From a virus: a DNA stretch of 64,000 bases. This document shows positions 27,457 through 37,485 of the stretch, piece by piece. Under the pieces are notes generated by a model, which saw only the letters and a list, made by a program, of their open reading frames with translations, was not told the origin of the DNA and ran no database searches. How positions within the stretch are numbered: the first letter of the stretch is position 1; every line of letters begins with the position of its first letter. The position numbers and the translations under genes are program-made. The stretch covers positions 1-64,000 of IMG/VR virus record IMGVR_UViG_3300015241_000015. The stretch is one strand, 5' to 3'.

Positions 27457-28214
27457 TCCGCCCTCGCGTTCCTAACCGCCACTTCGAAGGCATCGAGCCA
27501 AGCTTTGACTACACTATCGCGTTGGTCTTTGGTGGCGTCGACTGGAAAACTAAGGCTAGCTTCAAAGCTGCCGTCGGATACCATGACCGACAGTTTGATA
27601 GACAGACCGGCGGCGCTAGGCCCGGCAATAGCGACAGCGGCTTTTTCTTTAGGAATCATGCTTTCTCTCATTCTTTTCGAGCAACCGCATCAGTTCGGCG
27701 ACCATTTCCGTTTCCATCTTGGCGATTCGTTTCCGGGTGAAGATCACAAATGTGATCCAGCCCACTACCAGCAGGCTGAACCACATACAATCGGCGATAA
27801 ACAATTCACGTTCATTCATTTCGGTAAAAATCCGTATCCTCAATTGACTCTTTGGGTCCCAAGCGCTTCAGTATCCGCGATACCACCCACATGCCGGCCA
27901 GAACCGCAATTGCCAGCCCACCTAAAACCATCCAGATTGTTGGGGTCATTACTTGCATTGGTCGTCCTCCATTAAGGACGATCATTGTATCCCCAAATTA
28001 AAGGTGCCGGGATTCGGGTCGTCACTGCCCCGGCTTACAGTCAGGAAGGAAGTCTATGTGCTTCCGACGACCGAATCTGGCGGGCGCCGGGTCCAAGACT
28101 TGGGCTAGATACTGATCGCGATCCCAGACAACGCCTACACGTAAGCGCCGCTGTTGATGGACCGGATACTGATCGCCCTTTTGCTTGGAACACCGGCTTG
28201 CCCATAAAAACCCC

Positions 28215-29027
28215 CTACTTCTTGCTAACCATCTTCGAGGGAACCTGAATGACCTCGACCCCCGGCCAAGCCATCAAGTCTTTCAAGGTGCGGGCCAAAG
28301 TGTTGGCATAGGCCCCATTCATCTCGACTGCCAGAACTGGAACCTCGCCCCGCCCGATCGCCGCGCATAGGATCTTGAGACTGGCATTGCGCTGGGGGTC
28401 GGTTGTTCCAATCAGCCGGGCCTTGTAAGTCATCTTGGCCGTCACACCCTCCACTTGAGGGATGTTGGCTTGAACAATGGGGGCCGGTTCAAATTCCGGC
28501 TCCGGCATCGCGATGGGAGCGGCCAGAACGGCGGCGGCCTCTTCCGGCTTGTTCTGGAGTGTGAGAATCTCGGCCTCGGCCTCCCGGAACTTCCGTTCAT
28601 CTTCGATTTTCTGCTGCTGGATCTGCTGTTGCTCTTCGCGCTGGATGCGGTCGAGTTCATCCTGCTTAGCCTTGGCAACACGGCGGGCCTCGGCTTCAAA
28701 TTCGTTCATGCGCTCCATGGTGTAGTCCTTGGTGGCTTTCAAGGAATCGAGAATGGCTTTACGCTCAGCGCACAGGTTGTCCCAGGGCTTACGGGCGTCG
28801 GCAACCTTGGGATCATAGAATTCGCCAACTTTCTGGGTGGCATTGGCTCCGACTTTCAGGAGTTGCGCGGCCATCTCGTATTGTTCCCTGGTTTCGATCT
28901 TGATGATGGACTTAGCCCGCTCGAACAGAGCTAGAGCGGCCGACTTGAATGGATTGGCGCCAGCGACTTTCTTCGGTTCGAGATGGCCTACGTGCTCCGG
29001 TATGGATAATTGCGTTGTGGTGCTCAT
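28215..29027 (-). CDS. Coiled-coil protein of the recombination module
   Basis: 270 aa, long helical Q/E/K-rich segment; downstream of the exonuclease. Confidence 0.6.
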   Translation of the reverse strand: MSTTTQLSIPEHVGHLEPKKVAGANPFKSAALALFERAKSIIKIETREQYEMAAQLLKVGANATQKVGEFYDPKVADARKPWDNLCAERKAILDSLKATKDYTMERMNEFEAEARRVAKAKQDELDRIQREEQQQIQQQKIEDERKFREAEAEILTLQNKPEEAAAVLAAPIAMPEPEFEPAPIVQANIPQVEGVTAKMTYKARLIGTTDPQRNASLKILCAAIGRGEVPVLAVEMNGAYANTLARTLKDLMAWPGVEVIQVPSKMVSKK

Positions 29028-29056
29028 AGTTTGTTTCCCCTTGGGTTTGAATTTCT

Positions 29057-29797
29057 TTAAGCTAACACTGGCATTTCTATTTCGGCCTCATCCACGATCT
29101 CGGGAATTTCTGGTAGCCGGTGTTTCTCCCGCAACAACAGATGAACCATGGTCAAGGCGCATCTGAACCAGTTGATCTCTTTCGGATCATCGTGCTTGTC
29201 GATCAGAAACGAACCATCGGGCCGCAAGGAGATGGCGATGCGATACCACTCCTTGACGCCTTTCGGTTTTGGAACCGTGAGCGATTGCGCGGCCGTCTGG
29301 AGATGCCAAGCAAAGCTGGGGGCGTAAGCGGTCTTGATTTCCCAGATGATCGGCATCCGTGGGATTCCGTTCTTCCCAAACGTTCCTACCCGGTCCAGGC
29401 GGCATCCGAATTTCATGCCATTGACCTCAGTGATCGAGGCGTGCTCAACTTTCTGAGACTGGAGCCCCAATTCCGCGACCGCATTTTCGTAAGCCTGGAT
29501 GTAGCCGAATATTTCAGGTTGAACTGAATCCCAATCCAGGTCGCCATGGTCTGGGCTATCCAGGTATTCAGTGGCAGCGTGGACGGCGGTCCCAACTTTC
29601 TGTTTGTAGATCACGCGATCAGGCGGCGCCGCTGACAAATCTGTGAAGCGCAACATCGAGAGTATCTGAGTGAGAGAGGGCACGATCATCCCACTCTCAT
29701 CTCGATAGCAATGCCGCAGGCGCCCAAGAGATGAGTCGAAGGACTCGTCAAAGTAGCCGCCCGGGATCTTCGTGCCGTATTTGCCGTTGGTTGCCAT
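29057..29797 (-). CDS. PD-(D/E)XK exonuclease (Bet partner)
   Basis: PSLTQIL, GTAVH, E, GCRLDR, EIKT, LQTAA. Confidence 0.8.
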   Translation of the reverse strand: MATNGKYGTKIPGGYFDESFDSSLGRLRHCYRDESGMIVPSLTQILSMLRFTDLSAAPPDRVIYKQKVGTAVHAATEYLDSPDHGDLDWDSVQPEIFGYIQAYENAVAELGLQSQKVEHASITEVNGMKFGCRLDRVGTFGKNGIPRMPIIWEIKTAYAPSFAWHLQTAAQSLTVPKPKGVKEWYRIAISLRPDGSFLIDKHDDPKEINWFRCALTMVHLLLREKHRLPEIPEIVDEAEIEMPVLA

Positions 29798-30976
29798 TTA
29801 GGTGAACTTCAGCACGTTGCCGCCGGCGTGAGTGATGACCTTATTGAATTCGACCAGCGGAATGTCCTTGGTGCTCTCAAGACCCCACTCCTCCCAGATA
29901 AAGCGCCGGACCACCGTTTCCGCCTCGGCAAACCCCGCCGCCTTAGCCGCCCTGATCGTGGCAAAGAGTTTCTTGCGTTGGGTTTCCCCGATCTTCACAT
30001 ACTCGGGTTCCAGGGCTTTCGCTGGCTTGGCCCAATCCGCCGGGATGGTTCTTTGCTCCTTGCCCGGTTCAGCCTTGGCGCCACCTGCGGGCAGGCCCCC
30101 AGCAACAGGTAGATCGGTCAAGTCGAACCCCTTGGCCAGTTCCTCCATCTCGGCTAGCGATTGCAGGGGCTTCTTAGCGGCCGGTTTCTGAGCGCTCACC
30201 ATTTCCGGGGCGTTGTCGAAGGCTTGCATCAAGGCGTCAATCTCGTTGTCAGCCCCAACCTTGGACGGGAGAACATGGATCGTCTCGCGCTCCACCGGTT
30301 TCGCCTCAGACACCCCTGATTTAACCTCGCGCCGTGGCATCAGGATGGCTTCAGAGGCACTTTCTCCCTCGGATTGGTCCGTTTCCCCCTTCACGATGTC
30401 AGCAGCTTCGTCCGGGTCGTAAATGCCCGACAAGCCGTAGGCCACACGAGCGCACTGGATGTAGGCTTTGTGCCGCAACATTCTCACCGGCATGTTGGTC
30501 CACTGGTCGGTCTGGCGATCGCACTCCACAAAGTATTCTGTGACTTCGATCCATTCCGCCATGCCCCGGCGCTTCATCTTGCAGGTCATTTCTGTGATGT
30601 ATTTAATCTCGCGGCCTTTCGCATCCTTCCCAATCTCGAAAACCGGAACCCACCTCAGTCCGTCCAGGTCGCCTACCCGGTTGACTAACTCGACCCAGCC
30701 ATCGATAGGAACGATTGGAACGACGCCGCCGCCCTTTGACGCCATAAAGTAGATCTGGCGGGTGAAGGGATTGAGTTTGTACTGCTCGGCCACGGAGATG
30801 CACATGACGAACATTTCCGGGGTGGCGATAATTTTCCCATCCTTGCGCGGGAAAACCGTGTTGACCATGGTTTCGTACAGCGAATGACGATCGATCTTGT
30901 AGTGGTTAGCGAAGGACGCTACCAGTTCGGTAGCCAATGCCCGTTCTAGCGCCGGTACTTGTTGAATTGTTGCCAT
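29798..30976 (-). CDS. bet: Red-beta/RecT family single-strand annealing protein
   Basis: LNPFTRQIYF, PIVPIDGW, W...P.RMLRHKA.IQCAR.AYG.SGIYDPDEA. Confidence 0.9.
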   Translation of the reverse strand: MATIQQVPALERALATELVASFANHYKIDRHSLYETMVNTVFPRKDGKIIATPEMFVMCISVAEQYKLNPFTRQIYFMASKGGGVVPIVPIDGWVELVNRVGDLDGLRWVPVFEIGKDAKGREIKYITEMTCKMKRRGMAEWIEVTEYFVECDRQTDQWTNMPVRMLRHKAYIQCARVAYGLSGIYDPDEAADIVKGETDQSEGESASEAILMPRREVKSGVSEAKPVERETIHVLPSKVGADNEIDALMQAFDNAPEMVSAQKPAAKKPLQSLAEMEELAKGFDLTDLPVAGGLPAGGAKAEPGKEQRTIPADWAKPAKALEPEYVKIGETQRKKLFATIRAAKAAGFAEAETVVRRFIWEEWGLESTKDIPLVEFNKVITHAGGNVLKFT

Positions 30977-30980
30977 AAAA

Positions 30981-31190
30981 TCATTTCCCCCTCTTGGTCT
31001 TCGAAAAATCTTCACGCCGGCATTCGAGCACTTCGCACAGACGTTTCATCCGCCAGCCACGGGGAGCCCGTAATCCAGACTCCCAGCGGCTCATGGTTGA
31101 TTTATCCACGCCACACAACTCGGCCAGGCGCGTGGTAGACATTCCCTTGGTTTCGCGGAGAAGCCGGAGCTTCCCGCCACTGAACTGCAT
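30981..31190 (-). CDS. XRE/Cro-like HTH regulator
   Basis: KLRLLRETKGMSTTRLAELCGVDKSTMSRWESGLRAP. Confidence 0.85.
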   Translation of the reverse strand: MQFSGGKLRLLRETKGMSTTRLAELCGVDKSTMSRWESGLRAPRGWRMKRLCEVLECRREDFSKTKRGK

Positions 31191-31790
31191 ATGGGCCCCC
31201 TTGGTTTGTTCATTGGTCTTTCCTTTCAGTTTTGGTCGAAGTAATAGGTTCAAACTTTCTAGAATCATCATGACAAGCGCCCCCCGTGGCCGCCGTCAAC
31301 TTCCGGTCCAGGTCTTGGCGCCGCTGTTCTAATTGCACAATCTCGGACTGCCGCTCTCGGATGGCGTTGGTCAAATGCGCATGTTGCGCCATGAGCCACC
31401 GCCCTGGATAGGAATTACTTTCGCTGTCGGCCATAAACAACTCCGCCGCGAACTTCTGGTTCAATAGATTAGAAAATCAATCAGGGAAGGAAACATCGTT
31501 GGTTCAAAACACGAACTTGGATGGAAGAAATCCCACTCTTTTGGCGGCTAGCCCCGATCCGAAAGGCCGAACGCGCCCATTTCTCTTGTGTGTGAACATA
31601 GCACAATAGTCAACAAAGGCAACAATTATTTTTGATAATATGCAAGCGGACGGTACACGCATGGTCATTGGCCTGTTTCGTTAGAAACCTGTTTTGTGCG
31701 GTGTCAATTTGTAGCATTTATTGGGCAGTTGGACATATCATGATTTCGGTTTTCTTAGAAACACCGAGATCGGCCTGGAGAGAAACGAAG

Positions 31791-32060
31791 ATGCTGGTGA
31801 TCTACAAATACCCCCTGCCACTACCTAACATTGGTGAATTCAATCTTGAAATCCCGAAGTGGTTTGCATTTATTTCGGCTCAACTGCAAGATGGGATCCC
31901 ATATCTATGGGTCCGAGTGGATAAAGACGAAGAAGTAGCGAGCATCGCGTTGCACTGGGTGGCGACTGGCGCCCGTGTGGACAAGGATTGGGTTTACATC
32001 GCCACCATTCAATTCGGCAACGAGTTCTACCATCTGCACTGCGACGTGTGGGCGATCTGA
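31791..32060 (+). CDS. Conserved-looking phage hypothetical protein
   Basis: IYKYPL...AQLQDG.PYLW..VD...TG...YIATIQ...YHL. Confidence 0.6.
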   Translation: MLVIYKYPLPLPNIGEFNLEIPKWFAFISAQLQDGIPYLWVRVDKDEEVASIALHWVATGARVDKDWVYIATIQFGNEFYHLHCDVWAI

Positions 32061-32097
32061 CAGTGAGAGATGGCTAATGTTATAATTGTATGTACAA

Positions 32098-32379
32098 ATG
32101 CGATTCACTTGGGACGTGTAAAAAAGCCGCCGGAATCAGGCCAAGCACAAGGTCAGTTTTGAAACGGCCACTTTGGTTTTTAAAGATCCCAACGCCATCA
32201 GCATTCAGGATCGCGTGGTTGGCGGCGAAAAGCGCTGGCAGACCTTGGGGCTGGTGAACGGAATACTGGTTCTTCTGGTGGCCCACACGTTTCACGAAGC
32301 AGACGGCGAAGAAACCATACGGATCATATCGGCGCGCAAAGCCACGCCACGCGAACGAGCAATCTATGAGAATCACTAA
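32098..32379 (+). pseudogene. brnT: BrnT ribonuclease toxin with a premature stop at codon 8
   Basis: MRFTWDV*KSRRNQAKHKVSFE...EKRWQTLG...IRIISARKAT; in-frame TAA at 32119-32121. Confidence 0.8.
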
Positions 32380-32653
32380 AAAAATGCACAATGAAATAGC
32401 GGTCCTCGCGGCCATGAAGGACCATGAGATCGATAAATCCGACATCCCGGAGCGGAAGCCCGGCGGTTGGAATGGCGCTATCTGCGGGAAATTCTATCGA
32501 CCGCCCAAGAGAGCCGTCACCATCCGGCTGGACGCCGATATTCTTGCTTGGCTCAAAGGTCAAGGCAAGGGCTATCAAACCCGGCTCAACGCGATCTTGC
32601 GCGGCAACATGGCAGTCCTAAGCCCAAAAAGCCAAAAGGCCCCACTGAGATAG
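32366..32653 (+). CDS. brnA: BrnA antitoxin
   Basis: ID.SDIPE...FYRP.K..VTIRLDADILAWLK..GKGYQTRLNAILR. Confidence 0.9.
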   Translation: MRITKKMHNEIAVLAAMKDHEIDKSDIPERKPGGWNGAICGKFYRPPKRAVTIRLDADILAWLKGQGKGYQTRLNAILRGNMAVLSPKSQKAPLR

Positions 32654-32664
32654 GGGCCTTTTGG
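32632..32664. terminator. Bidirectional terminator
   Basis: CCAAAAGGCCCC-9 nt-GGGGCCTTTTGG. Confidence 0.75.
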
Positions 32665-33717
32665 AGCAACAAGCGACACACGATAGTTTGGTTAGCCTAC
32701 GCATCTTGCCCCATCCCCGATTCGCCTGTCAAATCAAAAGGCCCTCATCGCAAGAATGAGAGCCTTTTCTCATGGAGACCCAACCAGACGCTTGAAAGCC
32801 ATTAGAAGCGTCTACCCGCATCTTCCCCCTTTTTCTCTGAGTAGTCAACGATTACAACTGTTTCATCTGTAGATTAGAAAACAGAAATGACTTGACATGG
32901 GTTTCTGCTTGCGGGAATATTTCATCGCCTTTTTGGTTCGACCAGCCCACAAGGCTCATCCACCACCAAGGTGTCGGTTAGAAAAAGCCCAATGCAAATC
33001 AAACGCTTATGGCGACCGATGGCTATTAGAGTCGAACCGGTCCCAAGAACACAGCCACCTAAGACGTGGGGCGCTCCTCGTTGGACGTGCAAACTTTGTG
33101 GATGCACAGACCAACAGCCGTGCATTCGGATTCCAGCGTATTTAAACGACGGTATTCCGATGGTATGCACCTGGATCGACAAGGAACGAACGATTTGCAG
33201 TAAGCATCTCTAAACGGGCACAGCTAAAGACTGAAGGTAGCCAAGCGGGTATTCCCCGTTTGGCCGGTTGGTTCCCGGCACTCCTTATCCGAAAAAACAA
33301 CGGGCCGATTGCCACACACGGCAGTTTAACGGGTACTTGAATAAATGGCGCAAGATGTGAGTGAAACGCTGAAAATCCGGGCAACGGGCTGGTACTTGAT
33401 CCAGCAATCGCGGCTAACGTCCCGGTCGACATGGGAGCGGGTGTTTTACCCGAGGGCATACTAAGGCCAGTTCACTCATAAGATCCTTAAGACTTGGGAG
33501 CGACTGTCAGGATTTTCCGTTTCCCCCGTTTTTATTTTGGGATTAGGAAATAGAAGAATTCTTCTTGATAAGACTCTAGTGGTAGACCTTCTACTCTAAG
33601 TGAGTACCAAAGAACACCCTGAGGGCTAACTCCCAAAGGGATAGCCGCGGTGTACACAGAATGGTTGTTACAACAAGTAATTCTTCTAATAGCAAGAACT
33701 GGTTGAAAGTTGAAAAA

Positions 33718-34104
33718 ATGAAGGTCGGTCCAGATAACCAACACACCGTTGTGATCGAACTGAAAGTTCTGTGCGTGTACGTTCTCGACCAGGATTTGAA
33801 GGTTGAAGAGGAAATCAATTCTTTGCTGAATGGTCCGGACCACTGCATTAGCAATGACATTGGGATGCTGGCGGTGATCGACGAGCAATGGGACAAAGAG
33901 TGCGCTGGCGGGCACATCTACGCGATAGATACTGGGGAACCTTTCACCGAAGGAAACTGTTTTTGCGGAAACACCGAGGCGAAGTATATCCGCGAGGCGA
34001 CGGAGCAGGATCACGACAACTTTGGCTACAATGCTTGGTTGCGGAGCAGGGATGAGTGTGAAGTGCTCGACGAGGCCGGCAGTCTGCCTGAGGGAAAGAA
34101 ATGA
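33718..34104 (+). CDS. Hypothetical protein, tandem paralog 1
   Basis: TVVIELKVLCV...IN..LN...HC..N.I.ML...QWDKE...CFC...A.YIREAT..D. Confidence 0.65.
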   Translation: MKVGPDNQHTVVIELKVLCVYVLDQDLKVEEEINSLLNGPDHCISNDIGMLAVIDEQWDKECAGGHIYAIDTGEPFTEGNCFCGNTEAKYIREATEQDHDNFGYNAWLRSRDECEVLDEAGSLPEGKK

Positions 34105-34505
34105 ACGATCAGAGCAAGGACACGGTGGTGGTGGAATTGACGATCTTGTGTGTGGTCGAGACCATGCACGAAAAGACTGAGGCGCGGGCCAATTCGATCA
34201 ACTTCTGGCTGAATGAATCGAGTCATTGCCTGGACAACGAGATTCGGATGTTGGGCGAGATCCAGGGGCAATGGGACCGGGAGTCTGGTCAGACTAGGAT
34301 CTACCACCGGGCCGAAGAGAAAACTGCAAGCAAGCAGAAATGCTTTTGCGTCCAGGCTCAGGCTCGGTACATTCGAGAGGCGACTGCGGAGGACCGGCTG
34401 CGGTTGGGGTATGACGCTTGGATCGCCAGCCATGCGCCCAGAGTACAAACGGCGACGAAGAGGCCGGGTTGGTTCATGCAGTTATTGCAGTGGTGGTTTT
34501 CTTGA
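34101..34505 (+). CDS. Hypothetical protein, tandem paralog 2
   Basis: Same motif series as 33718..34104. Confidence 0.65.
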   Translation: MNDQSKDTVVVELTILCVVETMHEKTEARANSINFWLNESSHCLDNEIRMLGEIQGQWDRESGQTRIYHRAEEKTASKQKCFCVQAQARYIREATAEDRLRLGYDAWIASHAPRVQTATKRPGWFMQLLQWWFS

Positions 34506-34562
34506 AGTTTTCACAATTTTACCGTTGATTGAGAATCTAGAATCGGTCATGATGCACGTATC

Positions 34563-35120
34563 ATGCCTGCGGTAGCAGTTTCGAAACCATCGAAGAGATT
34601 CAACGAGCGCGCCGCGGTGCTGTTTCATTCGCAGGAAAACCGGGCTAAAACCAAATACGACAAGAACAACCGGATCACGCGCAAGGGCTACATTCTGCCC
34701 TTTGGGCGTCTAGAATTCATGGCTTGGTTTCTGGCGCAGTTTGGTGGGCAGGAAGGCAGTGTTCAATATTGCACATATTGCCGACGCCCTATCGACGCTT
34801 ATTCGTGCGTGGTCGATCACAAGAATCCGCTGGGCCGGTGGGGATCTCCTGATCTTGGGAATCTCGAAGTAATTTGTGCGACCTGCAACGACATCAAGGG
34901 CCAGTTGACGGCTCAGGAGTTCACCTACTTTCTGACGCTGATGCTGGACATGAGCATTAAATTCGGGGGACAGGCGGTGACTAACATCACCAGCCGTCTG
35001 GAATCGCATACCCGTTTGGCTACCAGCCTGAGACACCAGATGGGGAAGCGGCGCCGCAATGTGGCGGGGGCAATGGGCATCGGAGCGGCTCCCGCTGCAT
35101 TGGAAGAAGCCCCTTTTTAG
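34563..35120 (+). CDS. HNH endonuclease
   Basis: CTYC...VVDHKNPLGRWGS...NL.V.C.TCN..KG. Confidence 0.85.
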   Translation: MPAVAVSKPSKRFNERAAVLFHSQENRAKTKYDKNNRITRKGYILPFGRLEFMAWFLAQFGGQEGSVQYCTYCRRPIDAYSCVVDHKNPLGRWGSPDLGNLEVICATCNDIKGQLTAQEFTYFLTLMLDMSIKFGGQAVTNITSRLESHTRLATSLRHQMGKRRRNVAGAMGIGAAPAALEEAPF

Positions 35121-35187
35121 ATAGTTAAGGTTCACACATAACAAGAATCCCCTTGCGTTTACCCCCGTTAATTGCAACTATCCAAGC

Positions 35188-35490
35188 ATGTTCAATCTGA
35201 ATTTGTTCTTAAAAGCGCTGCGCGACGATTTGCAACCGGTGGCGATCGCGGCGGCGGCGATAGAGAGTCTGAATGCCGGGGCTTCCGGTCCGGAGAAGCA
35301 GCAGGCGGCGCTGAATCTGTTGGGGGCGGGGCTAATTTTTACCAATTCGATCAATCCGGGAGCGGCTAACAATGCGGCTTTGATCGCTACGGCGGCGATT
35401 CCGTTGATCCAGGAGACGGTTGGTTTGTTCAACGCTTTGCACCTGTTCCACCATGCCGCAGTTCCACCGGTCCATACACCGGGCGCCTAA
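35188..35490 (+). CDS. Hypothetical Ala-rich, possibly membrane-associated protein
   Basis: 100-aa hydrophobic ORF. Confidence 0.5.
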   Translation: MFNLNLFLKALRDDLQPVAIAAAAIESLNAGASGPEKQQAALNLLGAGLIFTNSINPGAANNAALIATAAIPLIQETVGLFNALHLFHHAAVPPVHTPGA

Positions 35491-35503
35491 AGGGAAGGAG
35501 ATT

Positions 35504-35921
35504 ATGGCAACCACCACAAAAACCAAAATCAACTTTGAATTCGCCTACAATGAGAATTGCCCAACCTGCACATTAGAAGGCAGCAATACTCCATTGGGGT
35601 TTTCGCTCGATGAAGGCGGGATAGTCTGTGAGTCGGGGCACCGCTTTGACAGTATGCCAGGGAAGGCATCGGAGCCTGTCCAAGAATCGTTTATAGTTCG
35701 ACAACCATGAAGCCAAGACTATTGCCCCGGCGCTGCGAGGTGGGAAGGTTGAAGTCTCAGACTTGGAATTGACTCCGGGCGGGGATGCCGGCTTCCGGTT
35801 GATCCTGCGGGAGCGGCATCTGAGCGCGATCAAGGCCGAGGCGGAAATTCAGCGCCAGAGCCCCGAACTCTATTTGCAAGAGTGGCTGGAGTTGGCGCTC
35901 GATAACGCCTGGGGGCGATGA
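35504..35921 (+). pseudogene. Zn-ribbon hypothetical protein apparently split by a frameshift near 35700
   Basis: Strong RBS, ORF stops at 35710; a start-less coding-like frame continues to TGA at 35919-35921, abutting the next gene. Confidence 0.4.
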
Positions 35922-35922
35922 A

Positions 35923-36804
35923 TTGAGCGAACCGCTGACCAGTAACACCATCACCACCATTGCCACTTTCCTGGGCACGGCGGGAGCAGCTTGGTGGGTG
36001 GCGTGGATGAAGTCCAAAAAAGATCGCCATGAGAAACACTTAACCGAGAAAGCGCGAACGGAGCGGGAGCAGGCGGTCGATACCAAACTCGATCACATCA
36101 AGCAGACCACCAACGAAACCCGCCAATTGACCAATGGCAGTATGGGGGCGCAACTGAAGGCCACCGCCCGGGCCTTGCGGGCTAATTGCGACACCTTGCA
36201 GCAACTCTACGAGCTTACCGGGTCGAATGAACATCGTGTGGCGCTAGAGACCGCGCAGAGTTTGATGAGTGAAGCCGAGAGCCGCATGGTTGAGCATGAG
36301 GTTACGGAACAGAAAATCGAACCGTCGGAACCCCCGCCGGAGATCACCGCCAGGATGGTTCCTCCGGGTTCGGTCAATGTAGTCATGGTTGAGGACAACG
36401 ACGGCGATGCGCGGTTGATGCTTGAAATCCTCAAAAACGGGCGTTTCCCGCAGCGGGTCAGAGTCTTCAGCCGGGGCGACGATGCCTTGGACTTCCTATT
36501 CCGGCGCGGCGACTATTTAGCCTATCCGGTTCTCGGCAATGTGCAGCTGATTGTTCTGGACTTCGCGGTGCCACGGGTTTCGGGTGTGGATATCCTGAAG
36601 CAGATCAAAGGAGATCCGAACTTGAGGATCATTCCGGTGGTGGTGTTTACCGGGTCGTTATTGCCGACGGATATTGAGGCCAGTTACAGACTAGGGGCTA
36701 ACGGGTGCATCCAGAAGCCTACTAGCGGGGCGGATTTCAATCGGGTGGTGGGTTCCATGTTCAACTTTTTCCTGAGCGTGAACCAACTGCACCCGTTGCG
36801 ATGA
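35923..36804 (+). CDS. N-terminal TM/coiled-coil region fused to a response-regulator receiver domain
   Basis: TM IATFLGTAGAAWWVAW; receiver motifs VEDN, LIVLD, PVVVFTGS, GAN..IQKP. Confidence 0.8.
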   Translation: MSEPLTSNTITTIATFLGTAGAAWWVAWMKSKKDRHEKHLTEKARTEREQAVDTKLDHIKQTTNETRQLTNGSMGAQLKATARALRANCDTLQQLYELTGSNEHRVALETAQSLMSEAESRMVEHEVTEQKIEPSEPPPEITARMVPPGSVNVVMVEDNDGDARLMLEILKNGRFPQRVRVFSRGDDALDFLFRRGDYLAYPVLGNVQLIVLDFAVPRVSGVDILKQIKGDPNLRIIPVVVFTGSLLPTDIEASYRLGANGCIQKPTSGADFNRVVGSMFNFFLSVNQLHPLR

Positions 36805-36965
36805 GGACATGACGAAATCATTAAAAGAATTACTTGAAGCGTCGTGGCGCCGGGACTTGGTGCTATGCTGGCGGCATGGGTATACATGTTAATTCAGGTG
36901 GCATAGACAAGAAGCTAGACAAAATTCTAGCCATGCTGACCCAAGTATTGCAGAAAGAGGAACAA

Positions 36966-37190
36966 ATGAGCGCAGCTTTAGATGCTTTAACCGCCCAGGT
37001 CGCGGCTACTACTACGGTCGAGCAGTCGGCCATCACCTTGATTCAAGGAATCGCGGCCCAACTGGCTGCATTGGTCGCCGCTGGAACCGTTACCCCGGCC
37101 CAACTTACGGCTCTATCCGATCAACTGAACGCTTCCGCCACCGCCTTGAGCGCGGCTGTGGTCGCCAACACTCCCGTTCCCCCGGCATAA
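36966..37190 (+). CDS. Small Ala-rich coiled-coil protein (start may be further upstream)
   Basis: GAGGA RBS; MSAALDALTAQVA... Confidence 0.6.
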   Translation: MSAALDALTAQVAATTTVEQSAITLIQGIAAQLAALVAAGTVTPAQLTALSDQLNASATALSAAVVANTPVPPA

Positions 37191-37485
37191 CACCCCTTGG
37201 CAGGGGGCGCGCATCTGCTTTCAACGCGCATGTAACTTCGGTCACCTACGGAAAATCCCCTCCAGCGCCGAAGAGTTCATTGTGGGAGTTGGAATATCTT
37301 GAAAATACGCGACGAAGGAATGGCTCCTTTTCAACTCCCTGCAATTTATTTATCCCTTTTTATAGATTTGCCGATTGAATAAGCGCCAGCAGTTATTTTC
37401 AAGGGAACTGTAGAACTCATAATTCCTCCGGTTTTCTTGATCATACGGGGGCTGCTGGCGCCTTTCTTTCCCCTTCGGTAGCGAT

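Noticed and set aside
29057-29797. Cas4 adaptation nuclease
   Set aside because: No Fe-S cysteine cluster, and its position next to bet indicates a recombination exonuclease.
37240-37251. GGTCACCTACGG resembling the half-repeat
   Set aside because: Single imperfect copy far from the locus, within a different hairpin; probably chance.
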